Source: a virus
Length of the DNA stretch: 64,000 nucleotides
Strand: one strand, 5' to 3'
IMG/VR virus record: IMGVR_UViG_3300007619_000129
Span: 24,567-88,566 of that record
Shown piece by piece: positions 47,093 through 58,100 of this stretch. The notes beneath the pieces are model-generated. The model did not search any database and was not told the DNA's origin. It saw only the letters and a program-made list of their open reading frames with translations. Each line of letters starts with the position of its first letter. Within the stretch, counting starts at the first letter, position 1. Position numbers and translations under genes: made by a program.

Positions 47093-47542
47093 TTATTGAG
47101 AATCTAATAAAATTTGATTATTTTCATTATTTTTTATTTTTTTCATTCCATAATTTTCAATTAATTGCTTAGCTAATCTTTCATCATCTAATTGAATTGC
47201 TAAATTGGGATTCTTATTGAGAAAAATATCATATTCATCTAAACAATCAATGATAAGCTCTTCTTTCAAATCATTAAAATCAGGATCTGTTACGATTGTA
47301 AATCCAAAGTAATTTTCATTACAAAATGTAAAAGCAGCACCAATAACCTCTTCACCATTAGTAATAAAAAACTTTAAATCTTTTTCAGCTGTTAAGTTTA
47401 TCCCAACATCTTCAACAAGATCCATCGCTCCATTCCAAATATCTTCTTCTTCATATAAAGAATTTGGAAATACTTCTGTTATTTTATTTCTTTTGTCTTT
47501 TTCAAGAATAGAGCGTATAAATTCCCTTATCATCATTACCAA
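47093..47542 (-). CDS. Hypothetical protein, degenerate GNAT-like fold, with amphipathic leader
   Basis: MIREFIRSILE leader; EVIGAAF ... F.F.IV.DPDF..L...LI ... L...YG. The Gly-rich acetyl-CoA loop is absent. Confidence 0.55.
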   Translation of the reverse strand: MVMMIREFIRSILEKDKRNKITEVFPNSLYEEEDIWNGAMDLVEDVGINLTAEKDLKFFITNGEEVIGAAFTFCNENYFGFTIVTDPDFNDLKEELIIDCLDEYDIFLNKNPNLAIQLDDERLAKQLIENYGMKKIKNNENNQILLDSQ

Positions 47543-49899
47543 TCCATCTTTGATTTAAAAGTTATTTTTTCATCAGTTCTTTTCACTACAGGTTGACTCA
47601 AATTTGTTTTCATTACAACATTTAAATTATCGTCTAAATATAAAATATCTGTTATATAAACAAACTTAGAATTTTTGTCATTAGCATTAACTGATGCCGA
47701 AACTTCTGTATACGATGGATTTGATGAGCTATTAACAAGTCCAGCTGGAGCTGTTGTTGTTATTTTCATAGTGTGAATGCTTTGCTCACCCTCTATTTTC
47801 ATTTTCCACTGATCTTCACCAAAAAGTGGAATATTAGGACTTTTTATAACCATAATACCTTCATTATAAAAAATATTTCCTACACTATTCCATTTAGCGT
47901 GTTTTGTCAAGGAATCTGCTCTATATAAATTTCCTCTTCCGTCATCTTTAAGTTTAATAGAAACTTTATTTGACGAACCAGATAGATTAGAGTCTGTTAA
48001 TTCTATTGATCCAGGATTAATTCTTTCTCCATAAAAAAGGTTACTCATATCAAAATAAACAACTTCATTAGAAGAGTTGTCTCTTGTTCTTTGGTAAATG
48101 GTTAAAACATCCGCTGGAGCAACCCCAATCCTCTCAGGAGAGGCTCCCATTATTTGCTGAGCCATTGACCCTGTCTCGTCAAAAATAGCCCTGCGAAGAC
48201 TTGAGGTTGCTATTAGGTTATTTAGCGATATCAAACTTAAATCTAATACACCCAAATCATTAACATATTTGCTTAATAAACTTCCTGTTCCAGGAATTTG
48301 TGGTTGAGCAGTATTGGTTCCACTCATAAGCCAACTAAAGTTAGGGGTAAATTTTCCATTATCACAAGGAAGAATTGAAAGATTCCTTTTGATAACAGAA
48401 CCAGTCCTGTATAAGAAAGTATTTGCACTTAAAACTTCGCTAGTTGTTGAAATTTCACTTCCGGTCAAGTTAAACCATCTTGGATAATTTCCTGTTACAA
48501 AATCTCTTCCAAAATTTTCATTATTCAAATAATGCCCACCAACACCAAACGACATATCAACATTAAACGAATCGTCTGTAGACGAATCTATAGCAAAAAA
48601 CGGTGTTTGAAGAACCCCACCAAAATTACCAACAGATTTTCTTGTGGGAGATTCTTTTGTAAAAAATGGGGGAACATAAAATTTTAATCCACGCTCACTA
48701 AGTGGAGGTCCAACATCTCTGATTTCAGAATCATTTATAAATCTATCATAGATTTTAATGTCATGTAATTCGGCATTCAAAGGATGGGTAAGATTTAAAG
48801 AGGTTGGTTCATCAATTCCAGACACCGACGTAAGTGTTGTTAATCCATCTCTTTTCGCCGGATCATTGGCAAAAAATACAGCCATAGCCCCATTTCCCGT
48901 ATTGCTTCCAACATAAAAATTTCCCAACATAAGAACAGATGGGTCTCCTGAACCTACATGATTTATTGCTGAAGCAGTTACTACAAATCGTCCCTTTTCT
49001 TCTCCGTCAATTACGAAAGAGCCAGTTCCATTATTTATAACCCGACCCCATCTAATAGTAACATGATGCCAACGATTAAACTCTAACGAATTATCACTTG
49101 ACATAAATGATAAATCATGTGGAGACGTTCCTGTGAGAACAGATGATGGTGCATAGCCAGCTGAATGACTTAATTGCAATAAAAGCCTAAAGCCTACTGG
49201 CTTACCACGAGAATCAACATTTGAACCAGAAACTACAGAAACAGCATATGAAGAAGACAAATGCATAATAGTGCCAGCTTTATATCCTGACACATCATCA
49301 TCTGATGTATATCTGCAATTAATCCAAAAGTCAAAAGTAAATTGTTTTGAAACATCATACGGATCAGAAGACGAACCAGAAGCATTAGGATAAATTATTG
49401 CACTATCTGATGGAACGGTTGATGCTGTAAAGAAATTTAAAGTGTGATAATTTGTGTGAGCCCAATGAGCAGATGGATATACCGCCCTATAATATGGCAT
49501 CAATACATTCCTTATTTGATGCTTTGTTATTGTATTGTCAGTATATGTGAAACTTGGAACAAATCTATTAATATTTCTTGTGTGAGATTTTCTTGAAGAA
49601 GTTGACAAAGCCTCAATTGTTGAAATATATTTCTGAGCCTCACTGCTTATATCTCCCTTTGTTCTTGCAGCATGTTGTAATGCCCTAAGGTCAACATCAA
49701 TATTCGTTGAGTCATCTAAACGTGTTCCGCTAAATGTAGAAAGTGGAGCAACCTCCTTTTCAATCATAGAGCCACGAGGAAATAATGAAACAGACCCTGT
49801 AGTGCCAACCCCTAGAGTTCCAGACGAAAATACTCTTTCGGGATTTGCAACAATTGTGAAAAAATCAAAATCATCTCGTGTAATTCTAAATAAAGACAT
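47536..49899 (-). CDS. Virion/baseplate protein with LamG (ConA-like) domain and tail-collar-like C-terminus
   Basis: FTFDFWIN, WHHVTIRW, FVIDG, LHDIKIYDR; L.DDG.GNLY, VGNIFY..G; C-terminal YIT.I.YLDDNLNVV.KT.L.QP..K. Confidence 0.7.
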   Translation of the reverse strand: MSLFRITRDDFDFFTIVANPERVFSSGTLGVGTTGSVSLFPRGSMIEKEVAPLSTFSGTRLDDSTNIDVDLRALQHAARTKGDISSEAQKYISTIEALSTSSRKSHTRNINRFVPSFTYTDNTITKHQIRNVLMPYYRAVYPSAHWAHTNYHTLNFFTASTVPSDSAIIYPNASGSSSDPYDVSKQFTFDFWINCRYTSDDDVSGYKAGTIMHLSSSYAVSVVSGSNVDSRGKPVGFRLLLQLSHSAGYAPSSVLTGTSPHDLSFMSSDNSLEFNRWHHVTIRWGRVINNGTGSFVIDGEEKGRFVVTASAINHVGSGDPSVLMLGNFYVGSNTGNGAMAVFFANDPAKRDGLTTLTSVSGIDEPTSLNLTHPLNAELHDIKIYDRFINDSEIRDVGPPLSERGLKFYVPPFFTKESPTRKSVGNFGGVLQTPFFAIDSSTDDSFNVDMSFGVGGHYLNNENFGRDFVTGNYPRWFNLTGSEISTTSEVLSANTFLYRTGSVIKRNLSILPCDNGKFTPNFSWLMSGTNTAQPQIPGTGSLLSKYVNDLGVLDLSLISLNNLIATSSLRRAIFDETGSMAQQIMGASPERIGVAPADVLTIYQRTRDNSSNEVVYFDMSNLFYGERINPGSIELTDSNLSGSSNKVSIKLKDDGRGNLYRADSLTKHAKWNSVGNIFYNEGIMVIKSPNIPLFGEDQWKMKIEGEQSIHTMKITTTAPAGLVNSSSNPSYTEVSASVNANDKNSKFVYITDILYLDDNLNVVMKTNLSQPVVKRTDEKITFKSKMDW

Positions 49900-50988
49900 T
49901 TATATAATATATTTTTGTTCCAGTTTATTAATTTCAGATTCAGTCCACACATCAAACTCTAATTCATTAATATAGCAATAATTATATCCTGCTAAAATTT
50001 TAAGTTTATTAGTTTCGTCTTCTAATAAAGATTTTGGTTTGACTTCAAGTAGAGTTTTTTTATTAGAACTGTTAAATTTTACTAAAAAATCCGGAATATA
50101 TCTTCTGCCATTTGAATATTTTATTGAAAATGGCTCATAATCATAACAAACAACGTCCGTCCAAGAATCTAAAATTTTCATTACCCTAAGTTCATAAGAA
50201 GATCTATAAAACATAGTGTATCCTGTTTTAATGCTTGTATAATATCCGGTCTCATGCCTTACTTTAAGTCCAGAAACTCCCTCCATAATTCTTTTTGATG
50301 CTGCCCTAGAATAATTTTCTAATTGTTCTGGTGTCCTTTGATCTCTTGTTTTTCCATAATTTGGGTTTTTTGAACCATGATGAGACTTTTCTCCAGTAGA
50401 AAATTTCTTTTTTAATAACTTAGATATTTTTTTCCCAAGAGATGCAACTTTAGGGTCGGTTTTAGCTGTTTTCCCCTTAATCCAAGGAGAAATTCCAGAT
50501 AATGGATGTTCTTTTCCTGTTTTACCATAACAATAATTGTTTTCTCCCGAATTAGCACATGATTTTGAACAAAATCTTCTTTTTCTTTTTGCGAATTCTA
50601 CTTCAAAAAGTATTTTACAATATTCACACTGCCTCTCTATAATTTCACCTAAATCTCCCCTTACATTGTTTATAAAACAATTATAAGAACAAAATTTAGC
50701 ATTATTTTTTCTACTTCTAATAACTCTAAAATCTTTATTACATTGTTTACAATATAATTTAATCTTATTGTCATAAGTAATGCTAAAATATTTTCCTAAA
50801 CATTTTTGATTACAAAATTTCTGGTCTCTAAACCTATAAGAAACTTTAAACTCTTTAGCACATAACTTGCAGATTAATATCAATGAGTTATCTCTTGAAG
50901 AAGAATAACACTTAAAAGAGCAAAATTTTTTATTTTTTTTATGATGTTCAAATTTTTTTTTACAATATTTGCATTGATATAAATACAT
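49900..50988 (-). CDS. Zinc-finger-repeat TnsA/gp4-like PD-(D/E)xK endonuclease (probable homing endonuclease)
   Basis: Four CxxC-x(n)-FC[SN]xxC repeats; YRSSYE, YEP..I.Y, YIPDF.V, LEVKP. Confidence 0.75.
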   Translation of the reverse strand: MYLYQCKYCKKKFEHHKKNKKFCSFKCYSSSRDNSLILICKLCAKEFKVSYRFRDQKFCNQKCLGKYFSITYDNKIKLYCKQCNKDFRVIRSRKNNAKFCSYNCFINNVRGDLGEIIERQCEYCKILFEVEFAKRKRRFCSKSCANSGENNYCYGKTGKEHPLSGISPWIKGKTAKTDPKVASLGKKISKLLKKKFSTGEKSHHGSKNPNYGKTRDQRTPEQLENYSRAASKRIMEGVSGLKVRHETGYYTSIKTGYTMFYRSSYELRVMKILDSWTDVVCYDYEPFSIKYSNGRRYIPDFLVKFNSSNKKTLLEVKPKSLLEDETNKLKILAGYNYCYINELEFDVWTESEINKLEQKYII

Positions 50989-50992
50989 TTTT

Positions 50993-52231
50993 TTAAAAGT
51001 CCAAGCGAATACGAAGAGTTATATCCTTCTCTGGGTTCTTTTCCACCGGACGTGAAAGTTTAGCTACAGCAAGCAAGCTATTATTTGCATCATATAAACC
51101 TAAAGAACTAATCATAGTAAAAGATTGTTGGTTTTCTTCCTGACCTTCGTCAATAACAACAATTCTGTTGTTTGAATCAATATATGTTGGATTAGACGAA
51201 TAATTGAATTCGTCAGCTTCAGCTCTACAAAAGACTAATGAGGAATGAATATTTGTAAGATTCTGAAATACCACTCCCGAATTCGTCCCACTACTCATTC
51301 TTGCACTAGCTAAATGGTCTACTATATCATCAATTGAACCAGAAACCAAAAGATCGGGAATAAATTTAGCCTGTGTATTGTTTCCACCGCCAATAATTGT
51401 TTGACCAGCAGAAGCGTTCTGTTGTGCACCGGCCGAACCAGTTGAGGCATTACTCATTGCACTAATAACACCATGAGCGTGCTCACTTCCACTAAGAATC
51501 TTTTCTAAATCAAATACAGCTATTCCTTGATCGTAAAATAACAACCCAACATTTCTTGAAGTATCAGAAGAGTCTACAAGGTTTCCTACATTACCACCAA
51601 ATGTTTGTTCTTTATTTGCAGCCGAATTGGCATCAGTATAGATTTTTAGCCCCCTTTCTGAGGTAACAACCAAGTTGTTCGGACGGCCATTACTTCCGTC
51701 AGAAGATACCGAAGCACTCTGGTACCATTGCATGGCAAACGTTTCTCTTTTAAGGCTATCTCTATGGAAGAGCCTGTTGAAATTCATAAATAAAGCATAA
51801 TCAATGTCGTTAGAAGAATCTGACGAATTAAATGGAGCTCTAAATTGTGAAGCATTACTACCCAATAATGTTTGGGCATATTGTTCATATATGTCAACCT
51901 TTTCTCTCATCATTAATGTTCGAGATGGAAAAAGAATTTTTCCTGATGAATCATCTCCTGTTTTATTGTCTTGTACAGCAGATGAGCTTACATAAACTCC
52001 TATTGTCATATCAAAAACAGGGTTTGCTGTTTGTAAGGAAAAGTCTTGATCATAAATTGTTTGCCACAAAGATGACGTAACCCCAGGTCCAATACCACCA
52101 GTTACAAAATGTTGATATGATTTTCTTGAAGAAGAACCACTAATATCTTCTTGTATTATATCAATAATTTGTTCAAGCGATACTGTAGCAGACTTAAAGT
52201 CATTAGCTGATAATTCTTTATATGTTGACAC
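50993..52231 (-). CDS. Virion/baseplate protein, paralogue of the C-terminal part of 47536..49899
   Basis: VGLLFY.QG, FCRA...EFNYSSNPTY, I..LGLYD.NN.LLAVAKLS.P..K......RLDF. Confidence 0.7.
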   Translation of the reverse strand: MSTYKELSANDFKSATVSLEQIIDIIQEDISGSSSRKSYQHFVTGGIGPGVTSSLWQTIYDQDFSLQTANPVFDMTIGVYVSSSAVQDNKTGDDSSGKILFPSRTLMMREKVDIYEQYAQTLLGSNASQFRAPFNSSDSSNDIDYALFMNFNRLFHRDSLKRETFAMQWYQSASVSSDGSNGRPNNLVVTSERGLKIYTDANSAANKEQTFGGNVGNLVDSSDTSRNVGLLFYDQGIAVFDLEKILSGSEHAHGVISAMSNASTGSAGAQQNASAGQTIIGGGNNTQAKFIPDLLVSGSIDDIVDHLASARMSSGTNSGVVFQNLTNIHSSLVFCRAEADEFNYSSNPTYIDSNNRIVVIDEGQEENQQSFTMISSLGLYDANNSLLAVAKLSRPVEKNPEKDITLRIRLDF

Positions 52232-52250
52232 TTTCTACCATCTCCTAATA

Positions 52251-52958
52251 TTAGTCATTTTTGTTTATCTGTACTTCAAATTCGGTTTGTGCACCTGAAT
52301 TTACTCCACTTACACTAACAAATGTTCTAATTCTATTTTTGTTACTAGTAATTCCAGAAACATCAAATTCGGCATCAGAAATTGACTTAACTTGTAATGT
52401 AAATGTTACCTTTGAACCACCAACCGAATTTTCCCCAGCATTCTTAAGTAAGAGATATGTAGCATTTCTATTATTATCAATACTATCTGGAGACGTATTT
52501 GCAATTTGTAAAAACTTATTATCTAACTTTACTATAAATGCCTGATCCCTTAACTCAACATCAATTTCATCTTCGTTCTGAATATCTTGAGATACAGTCA
52601 ATTCTCTTGTTTTTGTAGTTTTAGCTCCAATTGACAAAACTGAACTAACAAGACCCTCTCCTGTTAGGGTAAAGTTGGGGAGTCTAATCAAATTTGGGTT
52701 TGAAACAGTTATTAGCCTATGTTTTTGTGAAAATTTTGAATTAGTTAATGCTTCAAATACTGGAGTATTCTTCTCAATTTTTTCTTTACCTACAACTCGC
52801 CCAAATTCCTTTATGATTCCATAATCAACATCATCGTCTCCAAATGCAAATTTTACAATTGAAAATGATCCATCATTTCTCGCCAATGCTGCTCTGCCCT
52901 CATTTGTAAGGACTGCATCTAAAATAATATTGTTTGTACTGCTATCAAGATAACCCAT
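52251..52958 (-). CDS. Virion/baseplate protein with tail-collar-like N-terminus
   Basis: MGYLD....I.LDAVLT..GR..LA.....I.KFA.GDD..DY; GAGG Shine-Dalgarno. Confidence 0.7.
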   Translation of the reverse strand: MGYLDSSTNNIILDAVLTNEGRAALARNDGSFSIVKFAFGDDDVDYGIIKEFGRVVGKEKIEKNTPVFEALTNSKFSQKHRLITVSNPNLIRLPNFTLTGEGLVSSVLSIGAKTTKTRELTVSQDIQNEDEIDVELRDQAFIVKLDNKFLQIANTSPDSIDNNRNATYLLLKNAGENSVGGSKVTFTLQVKSISDAEFDVSGITSNKNRIRTFVSVSGVNSGAQTEFEVQINKND

Positions 52959-53085
52959 TGATTTCCCTCGTTTTATTATATAATTTTATAACCCTCAATA
53001 AAGTTATATCATCTACTAACTTATAAATAGCACTAATGCCAAATTTGTGATCATTTATTTCAGACATATAATGTTCATCCAATAA

Positions 53086-55170
53086 TTAGCTTGAACCCAA
53101 CTTCAAATTCCAAGAAGAGTTTATAGTTCTGGAAGGTTTCTCAGCCGATCCAATCTTCAAATTAGTTGGCTTAATTAATCCAGAAGACTTTTCCTTAGTT
53201 AAAATAGGTACTTGTCTCGGTTTTCTTATTATTCCCCCCAATCTTCTTTCTTCAATTCTGTTTCCTTCATCTGAACGATCATCAACAATTATATCAAGAA
53301 TTGCACTTTGTTGTAAATCGGTGTTAATAAATTGCATTTTATATGAACCGCCATTTTGATTAGTTGCTAACAAATTCAAATTTTCCCTTCTGCGAGGGAT
53401 TCCTCTATCACCTATACTATTCCTAACAACCGTTTCGCTATTGGTAATGGAATAATATTCCGGATCAAAATAAATAGACATTCTTGTATGTCCAGAATCC
53501 TTGATAACGTCAACAAATGTATCTCCATCTAAAAACATATTTGGGTATGACTTTGGAGCACCTGAAGATGATATCAATTTCTTTTTTATATTATTTTTAA
53601 ATCTATCAAACTGTACCTCAAATTGAGTAGAATAATTTGATGTCAACCCATGAGCATCTATTGAACAAACAGAATATATAAATTTATTTCCGTCCCTATT
53701 CAGTTCATTATCTAAATAAAATGTCTTTGGACTTGACAATCTTTCTACCAAATTTGCACTTGGGGTTTCTAATCCATGTGTTTTAACAAAACTGTTGTCA
53801 AAATCATATTCTTTAATAAGTTGAAATGGTTCATTTATTGAAGATCTTCTGAATACCTGAAATCTTTTTATGTCCCTTTGCAAATTAAGGGGAAATGACC
53901 ATAAAAGTCTTGCAGATTTATTATTATGATCCCAACTAACATCAAAATCACATGGTGGAGGAGGGGGAACATTTTCAACACATTCAACTATTTGTCGGGG
54001 ACTAGGAGATGAAGAAATTAATATTCTCGCTGCATAAATTTCATCTGTCTCATCACTTACCAATATTTCTGTATCAACAACAGATCGTATTGAATACGAA
54101 TATGTGGAACCATACGAAACCTTAAAATCTATTGTAGATTTAGCAGATTCATTTTCCACAACAATTGGTTCATGTTCAACAAATCTTCCATCACTTGCAA
54201 TTTCATATTTGTCAACTATATAACCAATAACCCTATGATTAGGAACAAAAGATAACGAAGAAACCCTTCTTCTTCCAATAAAACTAACTGTAAAATCATA
54301 TTCCGTGCTATCAATTGAATCAGGCTCTGAGTCTCTAATAGATTGTTTTTGAGAAGATTCTGCCGATGCTAACAAACCACTGACTTCATCAGTAAAAATA
54401 CTCAAAGGATCACTCGTAATCGTTTTCAGTGCAGAAGCAACAATTTTATTGTTTATTTTTGACTTAATGTCAACATTCTTTATTTCTTTAAATCTTGCAT
54501 TTATTAATTCATCTTTTTTTGACTTGTCAATAAATTTAGCCCCTAATCTACTCAAATCATTTAATGAATCAAAAATAAATTCTGCCGAAACAGCATCATC
54601 TGTATTTCCATTCAAAAATCTAACTGCATCAGCCAAAGAAATTTTATCATTATTATATTCATCAATTAACTCAGATGTCTCATTATCAATTTGTCTTTTA
54701 ATCCTTTCGTTGTTTGAATTTATTTTCCTTGCCATTGAGCCAGACGTTAATAAAAACAACTTTCCGTCAATTCCCGTATCCTGAAACCCTATGGCAGTAA
54801 ATGCTTCATTAGTAAACTGTCTCTCTGAATGTACACTTTTTAAATTGTCTTTTATTGAAATGTTGTCTTTTGGTCTTGCACCCAAAGACAATTGGTGTCC
54901 AGTGGTTAAGTCTTTAGACTTAATAGGATTTGTTATTGTTACTGGATTAAAATTAATTTGAACAAATCTAGGTATTTTACTGTCAAATACATCTATAAAT
55001 TTTTGATCAAAATTTCCTACATTATTTTCTAATATTTTTGGGTCAATCTCCCCACTATCGTTTACCCTTTCGTCTTTAGTGAAATAATTGTAAATAAATT
55101 TGGCACTAAAAACCTTAACTTCAGGAACGTCAACATTAATAACTGGTCTTGATGGATATGATTCTGTCAT
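53086..55170 (-). CDS. Large virion protein with FN3-like domains
   Basis: 694 aa; D..V.YG..Y.Y.IR, PPPP..F.V.W....L.W, FQVFRR, F.Y.V..ID.HG..S. Confidence 0.65.
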   Translation of the reverse strand: MTESYPSRPVINVDVPEVKVFSAKFIYNYFTKDERVNDSGEIDPKILENNVGNFDQKFIDVFDSKIPRFVQINFNPVTITNPIKSKDLTTGHQLSLGARPKDNISIKDNLKSVHSERQFTNEAFTAIGFQDTGIDGKLFLLTSGSMARKINSNNERIKRQIDNETSELIDEYNNDKISLADAVRFLNGNTDDAVSAEFIFDSLNDLSRLGAKFIDKSKKDELINARFKEIKNVDIKSKINNKIVASALKTITSDPLSIFTDEVSGLLASAESSQKQSIRDSEPDSIDSTEYDFTVSFIGRRRVSSLSFVPNHRVIGYIVDKYEIASDGRFVEHEPIVVENESAKSTIDFKVSYGSTYSYSIRSVVDTEILVSDETDEIYAARILISSSPSPRQIVECVENVPPPPPCDFDVSWDHNNKSARLLWSFPLNLQRDIKRFQVFRRSSINEPFQLIKEYDFDNSFVKTHGLETPSANLVERLSSPKTFYLDNELNRDGNKFIYSVCSIDAHGLTSNYSTQFEVQFDRFKNNIKKKLISSSGAPKSYPNMFLDGDTFVDVIKDSGHTRMSIYFDPEYYSITNSETVVRNSIGDRGIPRRRENLNLLATNQNGGSYKMQFINTDLQQSAILDIIVDDRSDEGNRIEERRLGGIIRKPRQVPILTKEKSSGLIKPTNLKIGSAEKPSRTINSSWNLKLGSS

Positions 55171-58100
55171 ATTACGTGTCCCCCAACTGTACTAACCGTA
55201 ACAAAATATTCGTCCATAATAACAGAGCTATCTTGTGTTGATTTTGGGGACATCTTAATAATAGAGTCACCATTTTCGTCTGTTAACGATATAAATTCTT
55301 TTGAATTGAGCTTTTCTGTAAGTTCTGTAAATGACCAATTAGTCTTTACTGTATCTACTTCAAAATCAGAAGGGTCAACAATTATATTAAAAATTCTTTC
55401 AAATAATTTGGGAGAAGTTATTTGATTTCTTTTTGCGGATGGACCAGATAAAAAAGAATTCGGTCCAAATAACTTCATTAAGTTTATTAGATTTTCAGTC
55501 ATTTCAATAGAGACCGACTCAGGAACGTCTTCAATAAGAACATTGTTTATTTCTTGTAATGACGATTGTGTTACAGATATATTCTCCAATTTATCCAAAA
55601 GATTTTTTATTTGGCTACTTGAATTTGCTAGATCCTGTAACGTCAAGGTTTTTCCTGCTAATTCTCCAATATGTCCTAACAATAAGTCAACAAATAAATT
55701 CTTTGACTCTTCATCAATGGGATTTTGTCTAATCTCATCATTTATTAAATATTCTTCTTCAGAAGTTGATAGTCCAGTAAATATTTTTATATAAAGTCCC
55801 AAAAGGTAATCAAACATATGATTATCTAACATTTCTCTTTTTTCAGGACCAGATAAAAAGTCATAACTTTTATCATTTATTAGGTCACCAGAGTTTACAA
55901 ATGCCAAAGTTTCATTAGAAAAATTCTTTTGAACTAAATGTGGCTGCAACAATATATCCCCATTGGCAGAAGAAACCCTTTGTCTTGACATAAATCTTGA
56001 CATTTCAAATATATATCTTTTTGGCTTAAAAACAATATCTTCATATTCTAAATTTTTTCTATAAACATTAACTGAAACTACATCTATTTGTTGTTGAGAA
56101 ATATTAATATCTTCAACTTCAGAAACCTCAACTCTTCTTCTAAGATTTTCCATAAATCCAGTTGGTATTCCAACTGTTAATATTTTTATATCAGTTGAAT
56201 TTTCTCCTGACAATTTTTGATCATTTAGAAATTCAAATAATGATTCTCTAGCCTTCTTTGAAATGTCCGAATCATCCAAGAAAGGTCTCCACATGCTTTT
56301 TGTTCCTTGTGACACCTTTCTTTTTTGTTCAATTGGAGTTTTTTGACGACCACCAGAAACAACATTATCAACCAATGTCTCAGACAATAATGCTCTTGAC
56401 AAATTAACTTGAGCATCATCTAAAACGGCAAATTTGTCATTTGAATCAACTTGATTTTCTAATTCATCTATTTTTTTTCTATTTGGACTATTTCTTCCAA
56501 AAAATTCCTCTAATCTTTCTACAGACCGATCAATTCGATCAAACGTTCTTTTTAATAAACTAATACCATCCCGAAGGAAATCATCTTCAGCCTTTAGCTT
56601 TCTAATAGCTTCTCCCATTGATTTTTTTGTATTAGATAAAAGTCTTTCCTGCTTACTTGACAATGCAGAATTGTCAACTTTTAGCTCTAGTTTGTTTAAA
56701 CCACTCAAATTTACAGGAGAACTTCCAAGCCTTAATTTAGGTCCCCTTTGAGGGTTTCTAGTTGTTTTCCCAAAATTCTTTATTACGTCTCCTATTCCTT
56801 TAGACCTTAATAGAATGTTTGTTCTATTAGAAGAAACTTGGACCTCATGAGAGAATCCAGATGTACCAGTTTTTCTTCTTATTTTTTGTGAAAAGAACGT
56901 ATGAGAAAATCTGGACAATAAAGAAATATATAATTCAAATGCCATTACTGATCTAGTTGAAACGCTAAATAAATTAAACTTACTTCTTCCAGTAGAATCA
57001 TTTACTATTCCTTTTCTATCAATTAAATCATCAACAAAATTTATAAACTCAATTATTCTAACGAGAGCATAATTTGACTCAACGCTTGTAAGTGTATCCG
57101 CTATTGATTCAACAGAAAAATTTTCTTTTTCAATATTACTATCTAACGAAAGCCCAGAATAGGTCTTTATTTCACTTAATATCACTCTACTCATTTCAAA
57201 CGCCAAAGTTCTAGCTTCAGATGCTACAGCAGTTTTTTCAGTTACCTTTATCTCTTTAGGGTTCTTGGAAGATTCTGGTCTTTGCCTAACTTCGGTAAAA
57301 TCAGTTAAATCGTCAAACTCAAATCTTGACATTCTTTCAAAAGCACTTCCGCGAACTTCATCAGACAATCCAAGAAGAACGATATACTGAAATAACATTG
57401 ACTTAAGTCTTGCATTGGTACTAACCATCGAAATAATAGCTAACATAATATAGTCTCGAGTTATTTTTTCCTCTTCTGTTGCTCTATCTAAAATGTTTGA
57501 TATATCTTCCAAAACATGAATTAACAAAGATTCCGAAAAAGAAGGATCGTTTTCTATTTTGTTTATTTTTAAAAGAGTATTAAATAAGCTCGTTGTACCC
57601 TCAATCTTATTTTCAAAACTTCTTTTAAATTCTCTAATTTTTCCAAGATCAAAACGGGGCTCATTTTCAAGAATTGGATCTATCAAATAAGTGTTCCCAG
57701 GAACATATGTTCTTCCATTTTCATCAGTTAAGAAATATTTTTCAAACGGTAAAACAACAACATTATCATTTCCAACAAACCGCCCAATAGAAGAAATCGA
57801 TGATTCTCCAAGAGGAATGTCTGTAATTTTTTCCCCAGGCTCTCCCATTATATTTTCAAATGGATTTCCTGTATTGTTAGCCCCAAATTGAGAAAGATAT
57901 GTTTGAGACTCTGTTGCTCCCAACCCATTTGAAACCCTTATTTCTTTTGAAAGTGTTATTGTTAATAATTTTATTTTATCTTCAAAATTAGTCGGAAGAG
58001 ACCTTATTAATGTTTCATGTTCTGCTTGGTTTGACATATGAATTATGTCTGAGTTTGAGGATTGAAAATTTCCAATATTGAAAGAAAATTTTCCATCATT

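Noticed and set aside
49900-50988. Tn7-like transposon (TnsA domain)
   Set aside because: No TnsB/C/D and no terminal repeats; the gene is tightly embedded in a structural operon.
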